Shown piece after piece: positions 1 to 13,044 of a stretch of DNA of 64,000 nt. A program made the position numbers and the translations under genes. The first letter of the stretch is position 1; the number at the start of each line of letters is the position of its first letter. The DNA is from Haliotis rufescens (lineage: Eukaryota). Location: assembly GCF_023055435.1 (NCBI RefSeq), contig NW_025964361.1:2728001-2792000 (forward strand), given 5' to 3'. The notes beneath the pieces are model-generated. The model was not told the origin of the DNA. It ran no database searches and saw only the letters and a list, made by a program, of their open reading frames with translations.

Positions 1-12
1 AGATTTATAGTG

Positions 13-171
13 GCGATGGGGTAGCCTGGTGGTTAAAGCGTTCGCTCGTCACGCCGAAGACCCGGGTTCGTTTCCCCACATGGGTACAATGTGTGAAGCC
101 CATTTTTGGTGTTCCCCGCCATGATATTGCTGTAATATTATTAAAAGAGGTGTAAAACCATACTCACTCAC
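13..171 (+). mobile_element. SINE family A (tRNA-Asp-like head, (ACTC)n tail)
   Basis: A box TAGCCTGGTGG, GTC anticodon-like loop, B box GGTTCG, 3' ..taaaaccatactcactcac. About ten copies in the window. Confidence 0.85.
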
Positions 172-204
172 TTAATTGTAAAATGTAAATTTTATACATT
201 TTAC

Positions 205-3200
205 CTTAATGCCTGCTAGTATTTGATACTTGGGCCAGTCGCAGTGAAACATGATGGGTCGTCCAGTTTCGTTGAGGAACTTGGTCATGGCTGGATAGCC
301 TGTTGCGTGACAACAAGAGTAAGAGGTTTCATTAAAGTTTTGCATTTGCTCTAACTTAGTACGGGGAAACTCCATGTTTTCCTTCCCTTGAAACAAGAGA
401 TCCGATCATTTCTTCCTGCAGAATGTTGTGTATTTAGACATGGTGCAATGCACAGCTATTTTGGATCATATGCCATCATTTTACACGGTAATCTAACATT
501 GTGGCCGTTCACATGGCCAAATTTGCACACCAATTTGCTCGTGTGAATATACTCCTTGAGCAAAGTTACTTACGTGAGTAAATGCGTTCACATGACTCAT
601 TTGCTTACTGGGAGTCAATAAATACTCATGTAAGTATCAGTGTCCATGTGAACAGGACATTAGAGAGGTTTTGATTTCTCAGCTGAGTCGCAATGAGTCA
701 ACTGAGTCAGTTGAGTTGCAGGTGATTTATCATCTTCCCGAGGCAAGAGAGGTAACTGACTATTAAAATTCGAGTTTCCACCCTTGCCGTACTAGGCTGG
801 TATTATGGAGTTACATTTTGGCTGGACTAACGAGTCTATGCATAGTCTAATCATAATCGCGCACCGAAATCGAAATCCGGTTCGTAAACTGTCGTGCAGA
901 TTTCGGGCGATTGCAGTATTTGCAAAGCATTTGCACTGCAAACTCGTCAGCAGATATTTTCCAAATCTTTTCATGTTTTTAATCAAGGTGCTTACGTGAG
1001 TTGATGCATTTCGCGATGTAAGACACAATATTGATCTTGATTATCGATAAGATCGTCCTGACTGGGCGCCACGATCGAACCCAGTAATTCCAGCCTAGTT
1101 CGGCAAGGGTGGAAACTGGACTTTTAAAGTCAGTTAACTCTCTTGCCTCGGGAAGATTGTGATATATATTTTCCTATGAATAGAAGTTAAGGCGCACATC
1201 AGATATCGCTATTGAAACCCATGACCAGTTTAATCTTGACTTCCGGCTTAAAACTCGCCACAGCGATACCGTTTCCCCGACACGGATATTCGTGGATTTT
1301 AATCACGTAGGACACGATGGTTTGGAGCGCATGTGCCAGTTTAAGCAAATCCCAGTCTTAAAAAAATTCTTTAAATTATGTCGAAGTAGTCCCAAAATGG
1401 ATTTTTTCACGTTTTAGGAGATTTTCCCAATGCAAGTTAACTTTTTTTATGACACATGCTGAATGCACAGGAACTCGTTATTGGTCAGTAAATAAGAATA
1501 TATACCCCCTATAAGGCATGGAACTGGGGTAGGAGAGTGATCAATAGGTTTATTCGTGACCAACTCGTGTTATTCCGGGACAAGGCGAATAGCGACTCGT
1601 GCCCCTCTCGTCACCATTTTTGCGACCGGGTTCCGTCTTAGCGCAAACGGGCATACCGAAAACAATTATCAACTCGTTGCGTAATGGTTCACATGTATTT
1701 CCCCATATATTATATATATATTTCAGATGCAATTTAAAGCATATCTGGACATGCGGAATTGTAGAGTATGATTGAACCCATTTTACTGTGTCTTGGGTAA
1801 GACATATGTAAAATCACAACTTTACCGTAGTCGTAGTCCCGGACGTCGCCATAACAACCATCCAGCTTGAGGAGGTCAACCCCCCAGTCAGCAAATGTCT
1901 GGGCATCCTGCTTCAAGTAGAACTCACTCCCTGGATATTTTTCACACGTGGTTTTCCCAAAGTCTGCATATATGCCGAACTTCAGTCCCTTAGAATGAAC
2001 CTAAAACCCAAATCAGAAAAGTACACACATTGTACGTTGTATGAGATAACTTTGTATTCAGGTATGACAGTCACCAGTTCATCTGATCAAGATGAATGGC
2101 AATGTGTAACAAGAAAACGTTTGATGCGATACATCAACACTGCGGCAAACTCTTTGTTCGTCGAATTTTATTTACAATAAAATAATTTCCCAGAACATAA
2201 TTATAATCAACACAGTCATGTTTAAAACCATATGAACCATATTGGTTTCAATTCATTTCTCGTTTTAAAGTTACCCTTGTTTTGATTACCTCACAGGCTG
2301 ATTCCTCATTCCACTTGTGAATAACCGGGATGTTAGCACTGTCTTCATTATTTCGGTAAACTTTCTCACAAATGTCATGCTTTTCAGGGTTTAAATAAAA
2401 CTTAAACTGAACATCTGACAAAATATCGAGAATTACGCCGCTTAACGCCGCTTTTAACAGTATTCCAGTTATATCGCGGCGTGTCAGCTTAATGTGGGAG
2501 GAAAGCCCGAAGTGATGCAGGTCTCAGACGTTTACCACTTCGGTGAAACCCACGAGCACGGGTATGATGCTAATAAACCTAGTAACATAATCGGGGCGAA
2601 CCGGGGTTCGAACCCACAATTAAAGGTTTCTGGCGTGCCCAAGGGGTGCAACTCTGCACAGCGAATCGCGGCGCCTTAGACTTACTTCGAGACGCATTGT
2701 TTGGGTCAATACCTCGAGACACATTATTTGGGCCACTACTTAAAGACATATTAATTGGGCCACCGCTTCAAGACGCAGTGTTTTGGTCACTACTTCGAGA
2801 CACATTGTGTGGGCCAATACTTCGAGACACATTATTTGGGCCACTACTTCGAGACATATTATTTGGGCCTATACTTCGAGACGCATTGTTTGGGCCAATA
2901 CTTCGGGACACATTATTTGGGCCAATACTTCGAGACACATTATTTGGGCCACTACTTAAAGACATATTATTTGCGCCACCACTTGAAGATGCATTGTTTG
3001 GGTCACTACTTCGAGACACATTGTGTGGGCCAATACTTCGAGACACATTATTTGGGCCACTACTTAAAGACATATTATTTGGGCCACTACTTAAAGACGC
3101 ATCGTTTGGGTCACTACTTCGAGACACATTGTGTGGGCCACCACTTGAAGACGCATTGTTTGGGTCACTACTTCGAGACAGATTGTGTGGGCCAATACTT

Positions 3201-4726
3201 CGAGACACATTATTTTGGCCACTACTTAAAGACGCATTGTTTGGGTCACTACTTCGAGACACATTGTGTGGGACACCACTTGAAGACGCATTGTTTGGGC
3301 CACAACTTCAAGACGCACAACGTTGAACAAAGGTTGTTTTTTGCATGCATTTTCTTCAGGACAAATACGCCCAGGACATATAATGATATACTAACGTAAT
3401 CTCCAAGAGCCTTCATTCCACTTGGGAACCGTTTGGGGTCTCCTTGGAGAGCTCCATCCGCCGTTCTCTCCTCGGCCAGCCAGCAGTCATCAACACACAG
3501 GTACTCATACCCGGCGTCTTTGTAGCCACCGGACACAAGCAGGTCCGTCATCGTCCGGAACAGTCTCTCGCTGAGGCCAACACAGAATACATTGTTTATT
3601 GAGATACGTATCACTCCCAGAATACACTATTTATCAAGGTGAATCAAAGAATATACTGTTCATCAAGGTGAATCAAAGAAGACACTGTTCGTCAAGATAG
3701 ATCACAGAACATAATATTGATAAATGGATGAATCAACAAAATTCTCTTCATCAGGGTATGCATCGTCAATACTTCACGATTTTAATACTTTACTTACACA
3801 AACCAATCAATTCATACGACCGTTATGCAGTGTAGTTCTCATCTGTGTCTATGTTAAGTAAGCTAATGGAACCTTTGTTTCTACTGAAAATATGTGTGTC
3901 CCAGAAAATACTTTAAAATGCTTTAGACTGTTGAAAACAGGAAACTGTATGCCCAAAAACTTACAATGTTGCAAGGGGTGTATTTTTTTCAAAACATATT
4001 TAGGTTCATACTTTAATTTTGAGAAATATCTGGTTTTGCAGTATCAAGTCTCCATACAAAATCTCTATCGGCACTTTTTATTATTTCACTTTTATTTCTT
4101 ACCTAATACAGTTGTCTGGATCATTGTCACAGTCTATATTACATCGGAAGCGTGTCCATGCCAACCAGCCCATTGGAGGCGTCAAGGCCAAGCCGTTGTC
4201 TAGGGCTGCAGTTAAGGTAACCGCAGAAACGCAAAGGGAGACAACTATCCACATAGATACCTGGTATAGACAGTATGAATGACAGTATAAACCAAAACAA
4301 ATTTATAATCAACACTAATGTTCTTAGAGGAAGAAGAAGGAGAAGGAGGAGGAGGAGGAGATCTGGATAGATGTACCTCTGGGCAGGACCCGTGAAGATT
4401 CGGGTTAGAACAGGTCTTCTAAAACCAGTGCTTGCCGAAACTGGTAGAGACTATGCTTGTTGTAAGAGCCACTAACAGGATCGGGTGGTCAGGCTCGTTG
4501 ACTTGGTTGATGCATGTCATCGTATCCCTCATAATGATTATGATGTAAATCACTGGATTGTGTGGTCCAGACTTGATTATTTATAGACCACCGTCATATA
4601 GCAAACAAACAAACACAATCTTTGGACAGAATCATCTTTATATTCGTACAATCTCTACATCCATACAAATTAACAGATACTTAGGAGTTCATAGTTTGCA
4701 CATGAAAAGAAACCTACCTTCGTCAT
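205..4726 (-). CDS. GH27 alpha-N-acetylgalactosaminidase / alpha-galactosidase A-like (NAGA/GLA family) paralog 1, 5' part; 3' exons lie before the window start
   Basis: Phase-compatible GT..AG exons 4718-4726 (MTK; translation could instead start at the Met at 4254), 4103-4260 (signal peptide + [25 protein letters not shown]), 3396-3570 ([23 protein letters not shown]), 1826-2000 ([26 protein letters not shown], nucleophile Asp), 205-299 ([17 protein letters not shown]). Classic GH27 motifs. Confidence 0.93.
731..1158. mobile_element. MITE with ~80-bp imperfect TIRs
   Basis: atcttcccgaggcaagaga..tttccacccttgccg at left versus cggcaagggtggaaa..tcttgcctcgggaagat at right; possible 9-bp TSD gtgat(t/a)tat; solo TIR at ~14508-14575. 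Confidence 0.75.
2433..2681 (-). mobile_element. SINE family B
   Basis: Near-identical to 33690-33930; head abuts the 27-bp minisatellite. Confidence 0.8.
2680..3322. repeat. 27-bp minisatellite (~24 units)
   Basis: Unit tttgggccactacttcgagacacatta and variants; source of the spurious repeat ORFs on both strands. Confidence 0.95.
4389..4615 (+). mobile_element. Retroposon family C
   Basis: Starts cccgtgaagatt, ends caaacaaacaaac; lies in intron 1 of GH27 paralog 1. Confidence 0.75.
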
Positions 4727-5842
4727 AGCTGTTTCTCCTACCGGTACAAGAATGTAAACTGAAGGCAAGTATCTGATAGCCGAGTATTATAAATTATTTC
4801 TCAGATATCTGAGCATTGATACGAATTACCCTAGCACAGTGACAGGAAAAAGTGTCAAGGACGTTCAGTTAGTATCTACATGACTGTCCCACTTGATCGT
4901 TGAGTGATGGTTGAGCCAAGGTCAATTGCTGATAAAACAATTGACTTTCAGATAACACATGTGCTTACATTGACCTCGAAGATGTGTGTTTGGGGACCAT
5001 GAATATAAACCTCTTAAATTTCTTTATACATGACAAAATGTAAAAATGCATCCCAAAATCTCAGAAAATTCTAACAAATTCAACATTCAAAATGGCGGCT
5101 ACTGTCGCGGTGGCTTCGATGTTATAGCTGGGTTTGGATAAATCAAGATAAAAAGAAGACATAAGATCATTACGCGAATCAGTAAACGGCGAATCGCCAG
5201 TAAATGGTTGTCAGTAATTTGCGATCACGAGACAAACGCGTGATCGTGGTCTGATAAGTTTTTTAACAAATTAAAATGATGTCTCAGGACATGTGAGTGA
5301 TGTGACAAAGGGCGCGAACAATTGATAAAGATGGCTTCATCGTAATGAGAGTGGTGCGGGTTTTACAACCAGTCGGTCGAGTCGAACCCGAGTTGAGTAT
5401 TCAGAGATGGATTGAAGCTCAGTAAAGTTTATGTGAGTATCACACCTTGTGTTTATGCTTGTATGCGTTTGCGACGGTACTTGAATGTTCATGTTGGTAA
5501 TGAACTGTCATTGGACCCATTGATCCTGTACTTAGCGAAACCTCACGGCCATGCGAGGAGTAATGTCTTGGGCTGACCATGGTGACACTGGACGGAAATA
5601 CGCTCAGGTAACTGCTGTAGGATCCCTTGGCACCCAAAAACACTGTGTGTGGAAAATAGTACTGTCGTGAAAGTAGTTTGTTTTATTACTTTTAGTCCAT
5701 GGACATGCATTAGGTCATATTTTACTTTCACTCGCATCCTTTCTAATAATATACTATAATTATATTACGTTACCAAGCAACGCCTTCACGCCATAGATCA
5801 GCTTCTTAACCGGTGGTTCGTGTGTGTCTAGTCATAATGAAC

Positions 5843-5844
<2 letters not shown>

Positions 5845-5894
<50 letters not shown>

Positions 5895-5899
5895 CAACA
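5845..5899. repeat. (AAT)n/(AAC)n microsatellite
   Basis: Direct reading. Confidence 0.95.
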
Positions 5900-5900
5900 G

Positions 5901-6345
5901 TATCTTAAGCGACATGATGGAGTGGCTCGATCATTTTATTACCGTCTTCGCCATGCTTGTGGTTTTGACACAAAGGTCCATCCATGGTACGACCCGGAAT
6001 ATGTAGAGGGCGTCATGGAAAATGATCGATACAAAATTCTTTGGAATAGGGTCGTATACAGCCTTAGACTATCCAGGCCAACCAACCTGATCTTGTCCTT
6101 TTTGATAAATCCAATGAAATTATTTATATCCTTGAATTTTCAGCCTCTTTTGACACGAATGTGATTGACAAGATTCAGAAAAAAACATGGCAAATATGCA
6201 GACATCGCTTTCGAAATGTCACGCTTGCATTCCAAGTACCAAGTTGTCCGACTCCCAATTGTTCTCGGTGCCTTAGGTTTGGTACCTCCCAATCTGTTGA
6301 CTGACATTGGGAGAGTACCCGGTTTTGCTACCAGGAATACAGCCC
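5901..6345 (+). mobile_element. 3' fragment of an RLE-type non-LTR retrotransposon (R4/Dong-like) between microsatellites
   Basis: Frameshifted peptide YLKRHDGVARSFYY..ENDRYKILWN..PDLVLFD..ILEFS..K..KY..PIVLGALG, i.e. RHD motif plus a PD-(D/E)xK-type endonuclease; flanked by (AAT)n and (CAT)n(AAT)n. Confidence 0.75.
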
Positions 6346-6347
<2 letters not shown>

Positions 6348-6383
<36 letters not shown>

Positions 6384-6408
6384 AATGAAAATAATAATAA
6401 TAATAATG
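6348..6408. repeat. (CAT)n + (AAT)n microsatellite
   Basis: Direct reading. Confidence 0.95.
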
Positions 6409-6710
6409 TGTCATAAGTGTTCCTACAAATTGGGCAGCAAATACATCACAGTGACAGTGTTGCACACTGACTGTGAACGATGTCGTTATCGCGAGTGTTA
6501 TCAAGATTGGAAGGTCACGTCAGATATTCGAAGGTAAGCTTGTGCAAGTCGGTCAAAGGGAGCATCTGCAACAGTCTGGACGCTAAAACCGCAAGTTTGT
6601 ATCACCTGTTTAGTGTTTAAAACCTCTCCAGAAAATCATATCCTCAGATATCCTCATCAAAAAAAAGGTTTCTTCATATATCCTGTTTGTTGCAGAGATT
6701 CACCAGAGAA

Positions 6711-9700
6711 ATGTTTGCGCTCGTTCTCCTCTTCCTGAATGCCGTGACCCTGACCTTGGGTCTAGACAACGGCCTGGCCTTGACCCCTCCCATGGGCTGG
6801 TTGGACTGGGAGAGATTCCGGTGTAATATTGACTGTGTTAATGACCCTGAGAACTGTATCGGGTACGTTCATAATTCGAAAGGTGGCTGAAAAGTTCTTA
6901 CACCCTTAACAGTTTTCATGTATTAAGTGCAATACTTCCCTTCTTGCAGACTACAGTTGAACCAAATACACAACCAGGCAGTATATTTCTGCAGGTATCA
7001 AAGGGACCAGGTGTTCTCTGTTGATAAGAATGGACAACCCTGGCTAATAATAAGTGCATTTATAATGCGCCAGATTCCATTCACCCAGTGGATGCTCATA
7101 GCGCTACACTATTATTAGCTACAGAGCTGTCATCAAGAATCTCCAACTGAAAGGGTAACTCCAACAGCCAGCATTGCAGACATGGTGTCAACTTTACATG
7201 ATGATGCTTCTTCCTTTCCACTGCTAGGAAAAGGATACGGGGTTAAAAACGGGAGAACCTCGAAGATGTTCCATGATTAGGAATGTCTTCATCTATCACG
7301 ACTGAGGAAAATGATGATAATATTACGGATGATCGACGACTTAACACATGTCACATAGCCAATACAGTAGGCATGTCTCAAGGGAGAGTTGGGAATATTC
7401 TGATGAATGAACTGGTCATGACAAAGGTTTCAGCACGCTGGGCTCCAAGAATCCAGATAAAAAACGCTCCAGGCCCATCATCTATCGTGAAAATTTACGT
7501 CGCTTATTTTATTGTGCAAATTGTAACCCTGGATGAGTCTTGGGATGCAGTGCATTAATACATAATACATCTAACGTCTCCGCCGAAGAAGAAGGCAAAG
7601 TCTGTTCCATCAACTGGCTTCGGTTTTCTGGGATTCCAAAGAATTTTAATGGTGGACTACCTTCCGAAAGGTAAGACCGTATATTGTGCCAATCTGCTAA
7701 AACAACTGATCGTGAATATCAAGGCTAAGCATCGTTGAAGACTCACTAAAGGCGTGTGTGTTCCACCAGGACAATGCATCTGTGCATACGTCTGTCTTTG
7801 CTATGGCGGCAAATACATGACTGTGGCTTTTAACTCTTTGAACATCCTCCGTATTCAGCAGATTTGGCACCCTCACATTTCCCCTTCTCAAACTTGAAAA
7901 AAAGAACTTCGGGCAAGTATTATGCAAATGACATTATTTCTGTGTGGATGACTTTTTACACCAGGAGGACGCCTTCTGCATTAGGATCCAAACACTCCAG
8001 AATCATTGGCAGAAGTCTGTGGACCTCGCAGGGGATCATTTGGGAAGATAATTAGCAACTAACTTCCTCAACGAAGTCCATCGTAGTTTGGCTCAGAACT
8101 TTTCAGCCACCTCTGTTTGCATTTCTATATTAAGTCTCAAAATAACAGCATAAGGCCATCTGTAGTTTTACAATGTCGTAGGACAGTCCTACAAACTCAA
8201 TGTCAGCTGTTTGACATATTTCCTCACCGGAGAAATGTTTGTGTGGCAGTTCTCTTCCTGAATGCTTTAACCTTGCTCTTACGGGTTCAATCGTCTAATG
8301 GGGGGCATCTTGTGTTGAATTGGGTCCCTTAGCCAGAAACCCATGGGTTCAAATCGCAAAGATTCTTGGTTTTTCAGCACCATACCTATTCTTGTAGATT
8401 TCACCAAAGTCTTTGCCCTTCATCCGACGTCGCAGTTTCCGTTTGTTTAACGTCAGGTGAACAAAGATATGTCTCGACTGTGTTGGCAGGGAGTTGTTGT
8501 TCAAACAGACAGCAGACAGGATGGCGTCTGACGGCTGGCTGAATGCAGGGTACGAGTACCTCATTGTGGACGACTGCTGGGAGGCTGAGAGTCGCGACAG
8601 TGACGGACGTCTCTACGCCGATCCGACACGTTTCCCCGGTGGGATGAAGGCGCTAGCAGATTACGTACGTTTGTGTTTGCAACCAGATACATCCTTTCTT
8701 ATGACTTAAGGCTTTGAGGTTTTGATGTCCGATTTTCTTCTTTGACCTCTTTGGCAGATGATGTCTATCTTGCGTGTAGTTAGAGAATGATTCTTCTGAG
8801 GTTCAATTTCTGGATCATTGACACACATCTGAATCTGTGAAATGCAGATGTGAGCACGGTGATCGCGGAGAGAAGGTGGATGGGTGACCGTGTTCGGTTA
8901 TGTAGACTCATGAGCCGATTAAATAGAATTCCGGTCTTGCCCACTCTAAAACACAGGTTTCTATGTCCGAAATACGACTTAGCTCACCCAGCATCACGGC
9001 ACCTGTAAACCGTCCAGTGCATCAAAAGGCAAAATGGGTTGTATAATCCTCAGGGAGCTGAGAATGAAATTCGAGTGCACACACACTGATCCATTGACCG
9101 GGACAATAATACAACAGATTGAACATCCACTCATTATCAACCTATGATTGTTAGCGGACTTACTGGATTTGCGCATTTTATTTGACTTATTATTTTATTA
9201 TCATTTTTACATTTGACTTTCACAGGTTCATTTGAAAGGCTTAAAGTTCGGCGTCCACCAGGACTTCGGTCACGAGACATGTAGCCATTACCCAGGGGGC
9301 GAGTTCTACCTTCAGACAGACGCTCAGACCTTTGCGGACTGGGGCGTAGACTTTGTGAAGATGGACGGGTGCAACTCTGACCTCGGCGACATGGACTACG
9401 GTGAGAATCAGACAGATGTCATTTCAAGGCTGTCGGATGTTTGGGTAGAAAAGACCACTTTTATAGGCAGATGTGCCCCAAGACTACATTTCTGTGAATT
9501 GTACAAAGGACATCGTTTTTTACTTCGCAGGTTATCCTGCTTTTGGGATGTTTTTGAACAAAACCGGCCGACCTATGATCTACTCCTGTGAATGGCCGTT
9601 TTATCAATCAGTGAAACACTTCAAGATTGTAAGGAATTTTACGTACTCTAAGATATCGTCAAAATGTCTAGCTGCTCAAGAAGAATGTAACATTGTGTAT

Positions 9701-11489
9701 ACGTTACATATTTAGATAGTTTTCAAAGTTAAGATAAGATAACACTTTATTATCTATTATTAATTTAGGTTACATCAGCACAAGCATATGTACAAATAAG
9801 AATATTATCACATTCATAATTAACAATAAATGTGGCACTAGCAAATAAAGGCTTAACAATTAACAGTTCGAGATCTCAACTGTTTCAGCCTGACTACGCA
9901 GCAGTCCGCCGCACGTGCAACACGTGGAGAACCAACAAGGACATCCAGGACAGCTGGGACAGTCTGCTGCAGACCATACAGTTCCAGGACCAGGACCAGG
10001 GCAACTTCAGCCAGTACGCGGGGCCTGGAGGCTGGAACGACCCGGACATGGTCAGACTCGTGACAAACTACTTCTGTACCCATATAATATTCTCAGAATT
10101 TAAAATCGAAATCAATTCCAAGGATAAGGACCCATGCTTGTCCTAATAGAAAAGCAAAGGGGATCGCAGGTCCACAATGGCGTCTTGATTCTTGGCCTAC
10201 CCATCATTGATCAATATAGACTTTAACTTCGAAAAGAAGTCTGAGAAGGAGCCATTTAATTCATGTTTGTCGTCAAGGACACGTATTTTTAAGACAGGGG
10301 GTCGCCATCTGTCTATCCATTCATTAATGTGGACGTAGCCTAGAAAAATGGCAATCAGGTGGCCAAACATTCGTCATCACTCGCCAGTTTCCGTAACCTG
10401 CAAGAAGCTATACGGAATAACACGAGTGGGTCACGAATGGTTAGCACGATAACGGTTCGGTTTGAATTGGTCCAAGCTGTGAAGACGTTCGGCGGATTCA
10501 CCTTCATACTTTTGATTACAATCGGAGATGATGGTTTGCTTGTTGTGCTTTAACTATATAGTCACTCACTCACTCACTCTGCAGCTGATTCTGGGGAACT
10601 TCGGGTTGAGTCCCGACATGGAGAGGACACAGATGGCGATGTGGGGAATACTGGCGGCACCACTCCTCATGTCCACGGATCTCCGGAACATTCGGAACAG
10701 CTCGAAGGCTCTTCTACAAAACAGGAGGCTGATCGCCATCAACCAGGACAAGCTGGGAGTCCAGGGAAAGAAGATCATGACGGTACAAATGTCCTGGAGA
10801 CAGGAAAAAGACACTAGAACCCGGAAAATGTAGTTATATTTCACATTACCTGATGACGATAGTGTCTTTGTGAGACTTTCAAAACCTGTTTGAATGGAAT
10901 ATATTAATGAACTCGGGAAATTCCTTTTTTGACATTAAATATTGCCATGAAGAGTTTTAAAGTTGCTTCTCGTCATCGTGCAAGCATTGAAAGCATGAAT
11001 GATGAACGAATTTTTGGTTTTATCCGGTAAAACAACGTCCATCTTTAATTAAATGACATCCGGATTTTAACGGTTCCCTGACGATATTTCTCCAGACCGA
11101 TTAAATAAAGGTGAATAACAAAAGAACATGACCTGGTTTTATGCGTTTTATTCATGACCTAAACTCTCATAACCACATCGCTTTAAAAAAACTACTGATT
11201 AATTCCTTTGTTTCAGGTTGGTCCTGTCGACGTGTGGACACGTCCCCTCCTCCCTACCGGTAGTGTGGGTATTGTCTTCTTCCACAGTGACGTCCTGACC
11301 CATGGCTTCCATTACCCCAGGATTACCACCGTCCAGGCCCGGGCCCTAGGGCTCACAGCGTCCCAGGGCTACAACTTGGTGGACCCCTTCGATGGCAGCT
11401 CTAAAGGCACGGTTAAACCATCAGACAGCATCAAAGTCAGAGTGAACCCTACCGGTGTCATTATGTATGTTGCTACACCAGCCTCGTGA
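6711..11489 (+). CDS. GH27 alpha-N-acetylgalactosaminidase / alpha-galactosidase A-like (NAGA/GLA family) paralog 2, complete, ~410 aa
   Basis: Coding exons 6711-6862, 8490-8664, 9226-9400, 9531-9628, 9889-10050, 10585-10782, 11217-11489 (1233 nt, open, TGA stop). Signal peptide, [32 protein letters not shown]...[29 protein letters not shown]-terminal VNPTGV. Confidence 0.95.
6877..8115 (+). mobile_element. Decayed mariner DNA transposon (~1.24 kb)
   Basis: TIRs ggtggctgaaaagttct (6882) / agaacttttcagccacc (~8095-8111). Frameshifted transposase remnants: VSARWAPR (WVP motif), [26 protein letters not shown] (YSPDL motif). Confidence 0.85.
8225..8285 (+). pseudogene. Degenerate partial copy of the GH27 start/signal-peptide exon inside intron 1 of paralog 2
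   Basis: caccggagaaATGTTTgtgtggcagttctcttcctgaatgct aligns to caccagagaaATGTTTgcgctcgttctcctcttcctgaatgcc (6701-6743). Frameshifted and truncated. Confidence 0.6.
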
Positions 11490-13044
11490 AGTTAAAGGAA
11501 TCCATCGAGCGATGCCCAAAGGCTGCAAGACTTAAAGTAACACGTGACATCACAATTGAACTCCCTATATGAACACCAAACCAATGTTATTACAACCAAT
11601 GCAAAACCCTGATTGAACAAGGACGTATGGGTTGGCTCCAAGGACGTTTAAAACGTCACATTAAGCCTCCTTTGGGGGATTAAGCAGCGCTTGAAATGAG
11701 CACTCGATGGCTACCTTTATCCCTTTCCGAATATGTACACGATGTGTTAATGTTGTTGTTTTTTGTATCCAGGTGATTAAAAACATATAATTACTTGACT
11801 ATGCCTATTCTGATCATATGCCCATATTGGCGCAGTGATTGTACCGTGTGATAGTCATCCCAGCCATGAAATTTTGCTCAGTCTTCATAAATAAAATATC
11901 CCCCAAAAATTCATGATCCCTAACTTTATTGGTTCAGCGTAGATGCCATAATGGAATGGCGATATGACACACTGGATAATCGAGGCTGTGCTATACTTAG
12001 CAATGTATTTGCTTTGCCACGTACATCTGCAAAGTCTGAACATGCCTAATGCTAAACAGAATTGTAAGCCCCTCGTGAGGGAGTGAATAAGTGTTGTTTC
12101 GAGCCGGGAATGATAACAAATACTAAAGATAAACCGGTGACTGATAGTATGAGCAGCGATCCACGTCACAGGGCACGATGACAGCAGTCAACCAAATCAC
12201 CATGATGTTAATCCTTCTTCCATAGATGAGTTTATCTGTTCCTGTGTGTATTCTTGTATTGATATATGAAAATAAAATGTGACACGTTGTGTTTTTGTGT
12301 GATTAAGGATGTTGTTTGGGTAGTAGTTTCGGGGAGATTTTCTAAAATTGCAAGGTCTGGATGTACAGATATGTCAATAGTTGTATATGTACCGACGTCT
12401 GGTCTTGTACCATCCATTCATGTGATTATCCGCAGGGGAATAGAAGATCGCGATGTCAAAAATACGTTGTGTATATAAGATTTGTCTATCATCACCGACA
12501 TCGTGTGCAATCTATGCACGTGAAAAACCACAAGAGAATAGGTTATCACTTCCATTTCCATCCAATTTCATTGGCATGATATAACATTGATGCGGATATC
12601 TCAACTCATTCATTTTTAATAATCTCTTCCAACATTTACAAACTCTCATCTAAGTAGATAAATGCAGACAGTCTGTTCAGAAAGTCTGTTCCTACTTGTA
12701 TTCTTGTACTGATAAAAGGTGATTCGGTGTGATCGCTATAAGGATGTTATGTCTGGACAGTAGTTAAGGGATGATTTTCTATCTATCACTTATATGCAAC
12801 CGATCTTTTCTTAAATTAATCTGATACATATAAGACAATAACGGACAGTATTCATACGGAATATGCCTGGTGACGTTGGTACACTTGCATGAAATACATA
12901 CGAACCTGACTAAATTCAAAGAAACCACATGCTGATTTTCCAGTGTTTGAATTTATTAACTTTCTGAGACGTCGGCTAATCAGTGGACATACCCCATATC
13001 CTTCCTATTTGCAAGTTGTTGAAAACGTTTTGGTAGAGACGTCA

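Noticed and set aside
2646-3399. 164-226 aa repeat ORFs in several frames
   Set aside because: By-product of a 27-bp stop-poor minisatellite inside an intron; open on both strands with no splice support.
5960-6416. His-tract and Asn-tract ORFs as host proteins
   Set aside because: Tracts are (CAT)n/(AAT)n microsatellites appended to a retrotransposon fragment.
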